Virus record (IMG/VR): IMGVR_UViG_3300020043_002535
Span: 1 to 34,588 of that record
Length of the DNA: 34,588 nucleotides
Source: a virus
Lineage: Duplodnaviria > Caudoviricetes
Direction: 5' to 3' (one strand)
The position numbers were made by a program, and so were the translations under genes. The notes beneath the pieces were generated by a model that was given only the letters and a program-made list of their open reading frames with translations, was not told the origin of the DNA and did not search any database. How positions within the stretch are numbered: the first letter of the stretch is position 1; each line of letters opens with the position of its first letter. This document shows positions 1-8,564 of this stretch, one piece after another.

Positions 1-121
1 ATTTCACACTAAAGTTCTAAATGAATTATTAAGAGTATCAAAAATCATTTGCTATAATTTTCAAATTGTAACTGGAAGCAAAGAGGCATTTTTTAAAATA
101 ATTGGGGATTTTAATAAAGAC
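1..121. repeat. Direct terminal repeat, 121 bp, identical to 34468-34588; most likely the assembly overlap of a circular contig
   Basis: ATTTCACACTAAAG...TTTAATAAAGAC occurs at both ends, and one ORF reads through the join in frame. Confidence 0.95.
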
Positions 122-553
122 ATAAAAGATATTATTATTTGGGATAAAGGACATGGTCAACCTGCTATGCACGAGCAAGTAATGAATAGTTGCTATGAAT
201 TTATTTTAATTCTTGAAGATGATAAGAGAGCAGGTAGACTTATACAAAATGCTAAATTTAAAAGAGGTGAAATGAATAACATTTTAAGAATAGGTAGAGG
301 TGAAAAGATAAGTGATATTCATGGTGCTATTTATCCAGAAATTTTAGTTGGTGAACTTATAAAAGCATTTAGCGAAAAAGGCGATTTGATTTACGATCCT
401 TTTATGGGAAGTGGAACTACTGGAATAGTTGCTCACAAACTTGATAGGAATTGGATTGGAAGTGAAATAACAGAAGAATATTCTAAAATTGCACAAAATC
501 GTATTCAAAGTGCAATTGGGCTTTTTTCAATTACAAACTCTGAATTACCATGA
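1..553 (+). CDS. C-terminal part of a beta-class N4-cytosine/N6-adenine DNA methyltransferase; full gene 34235-34467 + 1-553, 261 aa
   Basis: HGAIYPEIL and DPFMGSGTT (SAM-binding motif I) and WIGSEI. The frame is open from position 2 and continues the SPPY-containing ORF at the other end. Confidence 0.9.
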   Translation, partial: FHTKVLNELLRVSKIICYNFQIVTGSKEAFFKIIGDFNKDIKDIIIWDKGHGQPAMHEQVMNSCYEFILILEDDKRAGRLIQNAKFKRGEMNNILRIGRGEKISDIHGAIYPEILVGELIKAFSEKGDLIYDPFMGSGTTGIVAHKLDRNWIGSEITEEYSKIAQNRIQSAIGLFSITNSELP

Positions 554-1113
554 GCCGCGACATCTACAACAGCATCGAAGCCATCAACGCTTCAAGCATC
601 AAGAGGCATTTCACTGGCAGCATCCAATACGCTGCCGGTGCTCTCGAGCGAGGCGCGGAGTTCCATCGCAACCTGCTGGAGACCGAGCCAAAGTATATGC
701 CGCTGCAAGTTCGACTGATCTACGAGACAATCATGAATCATCCAATGCTCCGCTTGGTATTCGAAAAATCAGCAAAGGAAATCACCTTCATCAAGGAGAT
801 TGATATCGATGGGCGCAAGGTGGCAGCAAAGGGCATCCTCGACTTGCACTGCCCGATGTACTCAATCAATGCAGACATCAAGACAACATCTTGCACAACG
901 CTTCGAGCATTCGCCAAAGACATGACTAAGCACTACAATCACATCCAAGCTGTATGGTACTCGTACCTCACTGGATACTCGCCGACAAACTTCTACTACA
1001 TAGGAGTGCCCAATAAGTTCAAAGGTGAACTTTTTATTCATAGACATACAGCTGACGAAATTGAAACAGCAGAAAACCTCATACGAGAGTACCTGGTCCA
1101 CAGAGGGCTTTGA
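550..1113 (+). CDS. PD-(D/E)XK exonuclease, RecE/DUF3799-like
   Basis: INASSIK, G..FH, KGILD..., ADIKTT and Q..WY motifs; ATGA overlap with the upstream stop. Confidence 0.75.
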   Translation: MSRDIYNSIEAINASSIKRHFTGSIQYAAGALERGAEFHRNLLETEPKYMPLQVRLIYETIMNHPMLRLVFEKSAKEITFIKEIDIDGRKVAAKGILDLHCPMYSINADIKTTSCTTLRAFAKDMTKHYNHIQAVWYSYLTGYSPTNFYYIGVPNKFKGELFIHRHTADEIETAENLIREYLVHRGL

Positions 1114-1135
1114 GAATTACAGTTTTACCAATGTG

Positions 1136-1393
1136 ATGTATTACTTTCTGCATCGCGACTTCATATATATAGAGACAAATTTCAAGCATTTAAAGATGAT
1201 GTATAATCACTTCGATGATGCAACGGTATTCATCAGCCTTGCTGATGACACCAAATATGTCGAATACGTTTGGAGCACACCTGGAAGAATTAAAACAACA
1301 TTTAAATCCTATAACATCCATGACATCTACACCATTGAGAAAAGTACAACAGCTCTGCAATGTCAGAGCGAAAACCCTGAGCGAATCAGATGA
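1136..1393 (+). CDS. Hypothetical protein (start uncertain)
   Basis: Fills the gap after the nuclease; the ATG at 1136 is in the 1025..1393 frame. Confidence 0.45.
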   Translation: MYYFLHRDFIYIETNFKHLKMMYNHFDDATVFISLADDTKYVEYVWSTPGRIKTTFKSYNIHDIYTIEKSTTALQCQSENPERIR

Positions 1394-1577
1394 GCAGTAC
1401 GCTCACGCAATGGCAATGGCCTATGAGCACATCGCACTTGTATGCGAGAACGAAATACCTAACGAGAAGCAGATGATCATCGATATCTGCAACGAGTGCG
1501 CTAAGGATATGATGAGTGGAAATTTAGCTGTCGGAAAGTCCGCCGGTGAACAACTTTATAAAAAGAAGTACCAATGA
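1320..1577 (+). CDS. Hypothetical protein
   Basis: MTSTPLRKV... start chosen within 1215..1577; its stop is coupled to the next gene by ATGA. Confidence 0.55.
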   Translation: MTSTPLRKVQQLCNVRAKTLSESDEQYAHAMAMAYEHIALVCENEIPNEKQMIIDICNECAKDMMSGNLAVGKSAGEQLYKKKYQ

Positions 1578-1771
1578 GTCCAGAAGAGAAAGCAGAGGAA
1601 ATATATTGGAAGTACTATCAATTAGTTGCAGATGGTTCACATCCCGAAGAAAATGCGAAAGAGTGTACATTGATTATGGTTAATGAGCTATTAACTAATT
1701 CAACATTTTTATTAAGTTATGGAGAATTGTATTACTGGAATCAAGTTAAACAAGAAATAGAAAAACTATGA
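1574..1771 (+). CDS. Small hypothetical phage protein (..YYWNQVKQEIEKL type)
   Basis: Coupled by ATGA on both sides; AT-rich. Confidence 0.65.
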   Translation: MSPEEKAEEIYWKYYQLVADGSHPEENAKECTLIMVNELLTNSTFLLSYGELYYWNQVKQEIEKL

Positions 1772-1971
1772 AAAAGCAGACAGCATTAAATATAATCATT
1801 GAAAACTTCAATCTTTTATCAGATAATAATTTTAAAACTTGGTTTTTAAATTCAATGGATGAATTAGAAGCAATGGAAAAGGAGCAGATTGAACAGGCTT
1901 ATTGGGATGGATACCAAAATATTCCATCGATGAAACCCGAACAATACTACAACGAAACCTACGGCTCATGA
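1768..1971 (+). CDS. Small hypothetical phage protein (MEKEQIEQAY...QYYNETY type)
   Basis: Coupled by ATGA on both sides; the motif resembles small proteins common in Bacteroidota phages. Confidence 0.65.
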   Translation: MKKQTALNIIIENFNLLSDNNFKTWFLNSMDELEAMEKEQIEQAYWDGYQNIPSMKPEQYYNETYGS

Positions 1972-3470
1972 TCCTCCGACCCTATCAAGAGCGATTCATC
2001 AACAACATATCTGCGAAGCTGCGCATCCATCGCAAGGTGGTTGCTCAGCTCGCAACAGGTGGAGGCAAGACAGTGTGCTTCGCTGCGATATGTGACCGCT
2101 ACTGCGCTCGATCAGAGCAGGATATACTTATCCTCGTTCACCGAGAAGAACTACTCACACAAGCGAGCAAAGCAATCAACTTTCCAGTGCAAAAAGTGGT
2201 GGCAGGAATGAAGACTATCCCACATGCGAGAGTGTATGTCGCAATGGTCGAGTCAGCTCACAAGCGGCTTGCAATGTTCCAAAATATCGGCATGGTCATA
2301 GTTGACGAATGTCACATCGGTAACTTCACCAAGGTAATTGAGCACTTCACTGACAGCTACATCATTGGCTTCACTGCCACACCACTTGCCGCCAAGAAGA
2401 CCAATCCACTGCGCAACTACTTCGATGACATAGTTTGCGGCATTGATATCCCCGAGCTAATCGAGCAAGGATTCCTATGCCCTGAGCAAACATACTCCGC
2501 ATCATCCATTGTGGAACGAGCCAAGCTCAAGATGAAAGCAGGTGACTTCGACCAGGCACAGATGGGAGCCATGTACAAAGAGCCCAAGTACATCGACACC
2601 ACAATCAACGCCTATCGCAAGAACTCGCTCGGTCGCAAGACAATCATCTTCAATTGTAATGTCGAGCACTCTCAAGCAGTTAATGCGGCCTTCATTGCTC
2701 AAGGATTCAACTCTCGGCATCTGGATGCAACCTCACCGGATCGCGAGGAGATACTAAACTGGTTTGCCAACACTCCAGATGCCATCCTAAACAACATCGG
2801 AATTGCAACAACAGGCTTTGACCAGCCAGACATCGAGACGGTTATCGTTAACAAAGCAACAGCATCCATGCCGCTATGGCTTCAGATGTGCGGCAGAGGT
2901 GCAAGGCCGCATCCAGTGAAGCTCGCATTCACCATCATCGACCTTGGCGGCAATTGCCTCACGCATGGCTCTTGGGCTGCTTCCCGAAATTGGGAGGATA
3001 TCTTCCACAATCCCAAGAAGCCAGGCAGTGGAGTTGCTCCAGTAAAAGAATGCCCCAAGTGTGCAGCTCTCTTGCACACCTCGAAAATGAAGTGCGATGC
3101 GCAACACCTCGGCATGCTCTTCCCTTGCGGCTACGAATTCCCCAAGAAGATAGTGCTCGATCAAGGCATCGAAGACTTCATCCTCATGACCGATTCGGTC
3201 GACATCAAGAAGCTAATCGCAATGAATGAGCACCACAAAGAATATCGCTCACTATTCGTAGCCATTGAACATGTTGCTCTGCTTGCAAAAAAGAACATCA
3301 AAAAATTAAATCATGAGAACTATTTGCACATTGCAAAAAAGAATCACGAAATTGCGAGGCTCTGGTGTCGTGAACGCAACAGGAGATTCAACCGCTTCCA
3401 CAAGGACTTGGCTGACGAAAAACTAAAAACAACCCTTAAATCAATATATAATGCTGATATCATCCTATAA
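1968..3470 (+). CDS. SF2 DExH helicase (RadD/UvsW-like) with a C-terminal zinc ribbon
   Basis: LRPYQ, LATGGGKT, DECH, GFTATP, TGFD and QMCGRGAR motifs, plus CPKC...C...C. Start moved to the ATGA overlap at 1968. Confidence 0.92.
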   Translation: MILRPYQERFINNISAKLRIHRKVVAQLATGGGKTVCFAAICDRYCARSEQDILILVHREELLTQASKAINFPVQKVVAGMKTIPHARVYVAMVESAHKRLAMFQNIGMVIVDECHIGNFTKVIEHFTDSYIIGFTATPLAAKKTNPLRNYFDDIVCGIDIPELIEQGFLCPEQTYSASSIVERAKLKMKAGDFDQAQMGAMYKEPKYIDTTINAYRKNSLGRKTIIFNCNVEHSQAVNAAFIAQGFNSRHLDATSPDREEILNWFANTPDAILNNIGIATTGFDQPDIETVIVNKATASMPLWLQMCGRGARPHPVKLAFTIIDLGGNCLTHGSWAASRNWEDIFHNPKKPGSGVAPVKECPKCAALLHTSKMKCDAQHLGMLFPCGYEFPKKIVLDQGIEDFILMTDSVDIKKLIAMNEHHKEYRSLFVAIEHVALLAKKNIKKLNHENYLHIAKKNHEIARLWCRERNRRFNRFHKDLADEKLKTTLKSIYNADIIL

Positions 3471-5583
3471 AAATGTCCATGACAAGCAAGATGTAGACAT
3501 AGAAATTGACAACTTCCTCGAAGGAGTCCGCTCTGGAAGATGGCAAGACATCGCACTCGAAGTGCGCAATGCTCCCAATAAAGAGATAAAAGATGCCATC
3601 AAGAAGAGAGCACCACTTGTAACCATAAGCGGATCATTCTCAGAGCGCAAAGTCGATGGACTCCGAAAGCACTCAAACTTCATAGCCATTGACATCGACA
3701 ACCTCGATGATCCTGCCGCAACAAAAAAGCGCATCGAGAAAGATTCATACATCTACGCTGCATTTATATCCATCAGCGGCCAAGGGCTATGCTTAGTCAT
3801 CAAGATTGATGGCACTCGGCATCTCGATGCCTTCAACGCAATTGCTGCATATCTTTACAACGAATATCAGCTTATCGTAGATCAATCAGGCAAAGATGTT
3901 TCGCGTGCTCGATTTGTCTCTTACGATCCTTTCCTGCTTCAAAATAGCAAGTCAGCAACATTCAAGAAATACCTTCCTAAAAAGAAGCAGTACAAAGCCG
4001 AGAAGATTCTGGTCATTAAATCAGACTTCGATGCCATCATCGACCAGATGGACAAGAAAGGGCTCAACCTTTGCGAAGATTACTCCGATTGGATAAGCAT
4101 CTGCTATGCCCTCGTTTCCGAGTTTGGCGAAGAAGGCCGAGACCATTTTCACACCCTATCATCACACAGCTCAAAGTACAACTCACTTGACTGCGATGCG
4201 CAGTTCACCGCTTGCCTTAACAACCACAGCGAGTCCAAGTTCAAAAAGTCCACAATCAGCACCATCTACTTCCACGCAAAGCAGAACGGCATAGATAGAT
4301 ACTCCGATTACACCAAGAGCATCATGCGCCATGCAACTACGCAAAAGGCGGCAGGGCTGTCCACAGATGCCATCATCGAGACACTGGAGAAGCATGCAGG
4401 AATAAGTCCTGAAGACTCCAAGGAGATTGTCGAGCAGATGGCAAGCAAAGATATTAAGTTTAAATCCGAGAACGTAAGCGAGGACATTGCAGCTTACATC
4501 AAAACATTCGACCTCAAAAAGAACCTAATCACTCGCAAGGTGGAACTTAACGGCAGAGCAATAGATGACAATGACATCAACTCGCTATTCCTTGACTCAA
4601 AAGCAGTATTCAAAGAGTCAACAAAAGACCTTATCACTTCCATCATTTTCTCCAATCGCATACCATCTTACAATCCGCTACATGAGTTCTTTGAGGAGGA
4701 GCTATATCAAACAACAGAAGACCATTGGCCAAACATTCAGCTACTACTTAGCAGCGTAATCACAGACACACCGAATGCAGATAAGTTCATTCTCAGATGG
4801 CTTCTTTCAGCTGTCGCATCTGCCTACGGAAATCACTCAGCACTTGTGCTCGTATTCTGCGGTGAGAAGCAAGGCACTGGAAAGACATACTGGTTTCGCT
4901 ACCTACTACCTAAGCCAATCAGATACTTATATGCAGAATCCAAGATGGATGCCGGAAAGGATGACGAGATCCTCATGTGCGGCAAGCTTATCATCAATGA
5001 TGACGAGTACGGTGGTAAATCCAAGAAGGAAGAGAAGCGACTCAAAGAGCTTACCTCCAAAGAATACATCAATGTGCGCGAACCATACGGCCGCGTTTCA
5101 GTGGATCTAAAGCGTCTCTCAGTATTCTGCGGAACGACTAACGAAACGCAGATACTTAGTGATCCAACAGGCAACCGCCGAGTGATTCCAGTGCACATCC
5201 TTGACATCGACCATGACTTATACAACCAGTGCGACAAGGTAGGCCTATGGCGCGAGCTGTTCTGCATGTTCCAGATGGGAGCTGAGTACACCATCCTCAA
5301 AGAAGATATCCTCGAGCTCAATGCCTCAACAGAGATGTTCAAGCTTTCAACTCCAGAGGAAGACTTGATACACAAGAAGCTTCAACCTGGAGGCACAACA
5401 CACTATGGAGAATGGATGTCACTCACAGAAATTCAGCAGTACTTGATGGCTGACACCAAGTTCAACTACCTCAACACCAACCGCATTGGGCAGATTCTCA
5501 CATCTCATGGCTTTGAAAAGCAACGCAGATCATTGAATCAATCCAAGGTCATGATGTATTTTGTGAGTCGAAATCCAACCTAA
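3451..5583 (+). CDS. Primase-helicase: BT4734/VirE-N domain + PriCT-2 + VapE-like P-loop ATPase
   Basis: IAIDID, SISGQG and D.SGKDVSRARFVSYDP; YSDWISICYAL...FHTLS..SSKY; GEKQGTGKT, DDE and DPTGNRR. Confidence 0.88.
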   Translation: MLISSYKNVHDKQDVDIEIDNFLEGVRSGRWQDIALEVRNAPNKEIKDAIKKRAPLVTISGSFSERKVDGLRKHSNFIAIDIDNLDDPAATKKRIEKDSYIYAAFISISGQGLCLVIKIDGTRHLDAFNAIAAYLYNEYQLIVDQSGKDVSRARFVSYDPFLLQNSKSATFKKYLPKKKQYKAEKILVIKSDFDAIIDQMDKKGLNLCEDYSDWISICYALVSEFGEEGRDHFHTLSSHSSKYNSLDCDAQFTACLNNHSESKFKKSTISTIYFHAKQNGIDRYSDYTKSIMRHATTQKAAGLSTDAIIETLEKHAGISPEDSKEIVEQMASKDIKFKSENVSEDIAAYIKTFDLKKNLITRKVELNGRAIDDNDINSLFLDSKAVFKESTKDLITSIIFSNRIPSYNPLHEFFEEELYQTTEDHWPNIQLLLSSVITDTPNADKFILRWLLSAVASAYGNHSALVLVFCGEKQGTGKTYWFRYLLPKPIRYLYAESKMDAGKDDEILMCGKLIINDDEYGGKSKKEEKRLKELTSKEYINVREPYGRVSVDLKRLSVFCGTTNETQILSDPTGNRRVIPVHILDIDHDLYNQCDKVGLWRELFCMFQMGAEYTILKEDILELNASTEMFKLSTPEEDLIHKKLQPGGTTHYGEWMSLTEIQQYLMADTKFNYLNTNRIGQILTSHGFEKQRRSLNQSKVMMYFVSRNPT

Positions 5584-5584
5584 T

Positions 5585-5795
5585 TGGACAGGCACGGACA
5601 GGCACTTTTTTTTTCTGCCTGTCCATTGCAAACCATTGCTACTCTAAGTGTTCAAAGCTTTTGGACAGGGGACATGCAAAAAATCTATTATTAACAGAAT
5701 ATATATATACACACACACACATGCACACACACACACACACATGTAGCAACCTCCAAAGTGTCGAATGTCGCCTGTCCTGCCTGTCCGCCTGTCCA
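5585..5795. repeat. Iteron-like GGACAGGC repeats in both orientations flanking an AT-rich stretch and a (TA)n(CA)n tract; candidate replication origin
   Basis: GGACAGGC at 5586 and 5596, GGACAGGG at 5663; GCCTGTCC at 5617, 5770, 5779 and 5787. Non-coding, directly after the primase. Confidence 0.7.
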
Positions 5796-5797
5796 AA

Positions 5798-6142
5798 ATG
5801 AGCGAGGTTGCAACACAAGCGAAAGCCTTCCAAAACCTTTGGAATGCCCGCCCAGACTTAAGAGGACGCATTTTTGCGATTAACAACAATTCCATCAACG
5901 GCATAAAGGGAGCAATGAATAAAGCGATGGGAGTCATAGCAGGAGTTGCTGATATGTGCTACTTGAAGCCAGAAGGCAAGACTTGTTGGATTGAATGGAA
6001 GACAGAAATCGGCAGACAGTCAACAGAGCAAGTCAAGTTTGAAAAGCTTTGCCGATCACTGGGCCATGAGTACCACATTGTAAGAAGTGAGGAAGAATTT
6101 TTAAAAATCATTAACCATGACGACCGAGGAGAAGATCATTAA
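5798..6142 (+). CDS. VRR-NUC domain nuclease (probable junction resolvase)
   Basis: MGVIAGVAD, WIEWKT..GRQS.EQ and Y.IVRS motifs; start moved to ATG 5798, after the repeats. Confidence 0.85.
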   Translation: MSEVATQAKAFQNLWNARPDLRGRIFAINNNSINGIKGAMNKAMGVIAGVADMCYLKPEGKTCWIEWKTEIGRQSTEQVKFEKLCRSLGHEYHIVRSEEEFLKIINHDDRGEDH

Positions 6143-6371
6143 GACCATGAACGAGTGGTATCCAATCGAGGGCAAGATTGTCGATGGTTGTGTTACTTAT
6201 CATTCAACACAGCGCACGCATGAGAGCTTCAGGATGCACTTGATGAATGCCAATCCAGAAAGCATCGTCTATCAGTACTACTTGAAACGATGCGCAAAGT
6301 GGATAAAGCTTTTAAAATTGCACAATCAAAAGTTAATCCCTATATTTGTGCCCAATGGAACAAAAGATTGA
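6117..6371 (+). CDS. Hypothetical protein
   Basis: 84-aa ORF overlapping both neighbours. Confidence 0.55.
   Translation: MTTEEKIIKTMNEWYPIEGKIVDGCVTYHSTQRTHESFRMHLMNANPESIVYQYYLKRCAKWIKLLKLHNQKLIPIFVPNGTKD
6341..6348 (+). promoter_or_regulatory. Bacteroidota sigma-70 -7 element TATATTTG
   Basis: Matches TAnnTTTG; 6 nt before ATG 6355. Confidence 0.5.
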
Positions 6372-6540
6372 GAACAGAGGAGGCAAGAGAACAGGAGCTG
6401 GTCCGCCATTTAAGTATGGCGAGGAGACTTGCAACGTGACTTTGCGCATACCAAAATCAAAAAAAGAAGATATCAAGCGACTTGTTTACGCATACCTTGA
6501 GCAGTACAAATCAAAACGAACAGATGAATATGGCTGCTAA
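6355..6540 (+). CDS. Small DNA-binding protein (RGG.R.GAG arm + ribbon-helix-helix-like region)
   Basis: RGGKRTGAGPPFKYGEETCNVTLRIPKS. Confidence 0.65.
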   Translation: MEQKIENRGGKRTGAGPPFKYGEETCNVTLRIPKSKKEDIKRLVYAYLEQYKSKRTDEYGC

Positions 6541-6829
6541 CAGATGGCGAAGTGGATACATGCGGATTCAAGATGACACCTTCACTGGATACTTGACACC
6601 GACAGGATCAGTTCAAGATGTTGAGGTGACATTCAAGCTTAAGGCAATGCAGAAGATTATGGAAGCATCGGAGAGTATCCAGATGGAAGTGCCTAATGAA
6701 TATCTCATCGGAGTATTGCGTGACAGTGATCAAGGTTATAAGACTGCCGATGTAATTATCTACAATAAGGTTGTAAGATTGAAATTGACTGAGGAAGATA
6801 TCAAAAGAAGCAAAACACTATCTTTGTAA
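6524..6829 (+). CDS. Hypothetical protein
   Basis: ATG at 6524 or 6530 within the 6482..6829 frame. Confidence 0.55.
   Translation: MNMAANRWRSGYMRIQDDTFTGYLTPTGSVQDVEVTFKLKAMQKIMEASESIQMEVPNEYLIGVLRDSDQGYKTADVIIYNKVVRLKLTEEDIKRSKTLSL
6819..6826 (+). promoter_or_regulatory. -7 element TATCTTTG ahead of the packaging/late operon
   Basis: Matches TAnnTTTG; 7 nt before ATG 6834. Confidence 0.6.
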
Positions 6830-6833
6830 AACT

Positions 6834-6968
6834 ATGCCACTATTTCAAGGCGACTCGCCACAGATCATCCAAATGAACATCAGAAAGCTAATCGATGAAG
6901 GTTATTCTCCATTGCAAGCAGTGGCGATTGCTAACGCTGAAGCAGCTAAGTTTAAGAAGCGAAACTGA
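6834..6968 (+). CDS. 44-aa protein absent from the ORF track (MPL..G.S...I..NI...QAVAIA type of small phage protein)
   Basis: Manual translation MPLFQGDSPQIIQMNIRKLIDEGYSPLQAVAIANAEAAKFKKRN; it stops 1 nt before the next ATG. Confidence 0.7.
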   Translation: MPLFQGDSPQIIQMNIRKLIDEGYSPLQAVAIANAEAAKFKKRN

Positions 6969-6969
6969 T

Positions 6970-8244
6970 ATGAGAGCGGAGATAGTCAAGATTTCAGAAG
7001 TTAAAGTCAACCCAAACAATCCTCGATTGATTAAGGATGATAAGTTTGCAAAGTTGGTGCAGTCAATCAAAGACTTACCTCAGATGCTTGCAATTCGACC
7101 TATCGTAGTTAATACCGATATGGTTGTACTTGGCGGCAATATGCGACTCAAGGCTTGCAAAGAAGCAGGATTAAAAGAAGTGCCTATCATCATTGCAGAT
7201 AACTTAACAGAGGAGCAGCAGCGCGAGTTCTTAATTAAAGACAATGTAAGCGGTGGTGAATGGGATTGGCAGATGCTTGCTAATGATTGGGATAAAAATG
7301 AGCTTGAAGCATGGGGAATAGACATGCCATTATTTGATGAAGAAATAATAGAATTGGTAGCAGAAGAAGATAACTTTGAGATACCTAATGAAATTGAAAC
7401 AGATATTGTTATTGGAGATTTATTTGAGATAGGTCAGCATAAATTATTATGTGGAAGCTCAACAGAAATTGATACTTGGCAAAAATTATTTGGAGATAAA
7501 TTATGCGATATGGTAATGACAGATCCTCCTTATAATGTTAATTACGAAGGAGGGAATGGATTGAAAATTGAAAATGATAATATGTCAAATGATTCATTTT
7601 ATCAATTCTTATATGATTTTTATACAGCATTAGGATCATATACAAAATCAGGTGGATCATGGTATGTTTGGCATGCTGATAGCGAAGGTGCTAATTTTAG
7701 ACAAGCATTTAAAGATTCAGGATTGTTATTAAAACAATGTCTAATATGGGTTAAAAATTCATTAGTAATGGGTAGACAAGATTATCATTGGAAACACGAA
7801 CCGTGTCTTTATGGTTGGAAAGAAGGAGCAGCACATTATTTTACTGAAGATAGAACTAAAACAACTGTTATTGAGGATATAGTTGATTTTAAAAAATTAA
7901 GCAAAAAACAACTTTTAGATTTAATAAAAGAAGTAACTTCTGATAAACAAAAAACTTCTATTATTCATTGTGATAAACCATATAAAAATGATGTTCATCC
8001 AACAATGAAACCAATTAAATTATTAGCACCATTAATAGAAAATTCTTCTAGGATTGGAGAATTAGTTGCAGATGGATTTCTTGGCAGTGGATCAACAATG
8101 GTTACAGCCCACCAACTTAATCGCAAATGCTACGGCATGGAACTTGACCCAAAGTATTGCCAAGTGATTGTCGATAGAATGATTAAACTTGATCCATCGC
8201 TTACAATTAAGCGCAATGGTCAACCATATCAAACTACAGGGTAA
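6970..8244 (+). CDS. ParB-like N-terminal domain fused to a beta-class DNA (adenine-N6) methyltransferase
   Basis: NPNNPR...RPIVV...GGNMRLKA; then TDPPYN, HPTMKP, DGFLGSGST and GMELDPKY. Likely start MRAEIV at 6970. Confidence 0.9.
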   Translation: MRAEIVKISEVKVNPNNPRLIKDDKFAKLVQSIKDLPQMLAIRPIVVNTDMVVLGGNMRLKACKEAGLKEVPIIIADNLTEEQQREFLIKDNVSGGEWDWQMLANDWDKNELEAWGIDMPLFDEEIIELVAEEDNFEIPNEIETDIVIGDLFEIGQHKLLCGSSTEIDTWQKLFGDKLCDMVMTDPPYNVNYEGGNGLKIENDNMSNDSFYQFLYDFYTALGSYTKSGGSWYVWHADSEGANFRQAFKDSGLLLKQCLIWVKNSLVMGRQDYHWKHEPCLYGWKEGAAHYFTEDRTKTTVIEDIVDFKKLSKKQLLDLIKEVTSDKQKTSIIHCDKPYKNDVHPTMKPIKLLAPLIENSSRIGELVADGFLGSGSTMVTAHQLNRKCYGMELDPKYCQVIVDRMIKLDPSLTIKRNGQPYQTTG

Positions 8245-8255
8245 AATCAGGGAAT

Positions 8256-8564
8256 ATGCCAAAAGGAATTCCACCAGATCATAGTAAGTTCAAGAAAGGG
8301 CAGAGCGGCAATCCAAACGGACGGCCTCGCAAGCTTCCTGCATTGGATAAGCTGATGGCTGATGTATTGGGCGAGGAGAAGGACGGCATCACAGCAGGCG
8401 AGGCGATATTGAAAGCACTAAGGGCAAAGGCTACTAAAGGCGATGTGAGGGCTGCTGAGGTACTGCTTGACCGAGCTTATGGCAAACCGAAACAGACTCA
8501 TGACACCAACATCACAAGCACTGAGCCCTTGGTGATCATCCGCACAGAGCCCAAGAGTGAATGA
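8256..8564 (+). CDS. terS: Terminase small subunit (DUF5681-like)
   Basis: FKKGQSGNPNGRP and LLDRAYGKP; directly upstream of terL. Confidence 0.8.
   Translation: MPKGIPPDHSKFKKGQSGNPNGRPRKLPALDKLMADVLGEEKDGITAGEAILKALRAKATKGDVRAAEVLLDRAYGKPKQTHDTNITSTEPLVIIRTEPKSE

Noticed and set aside
1-121. Terminal repeat as a biological DTR or att site
   Set aside because: It falls in the middle of a gene and its length is typical of an assembler k-mer overlap; better explained as circular assembly.
5585-5795. CRISPR-like array
   Set aside because: The repeats are only 8-10 bp, occur in both orientations and lack regular spacers.
5639-5937. Minus-strand ORFs with CVCVC repeats as Cys-rich peptides
   Set aside because: They are simply translations of the (CA)n tract in the putative origin.
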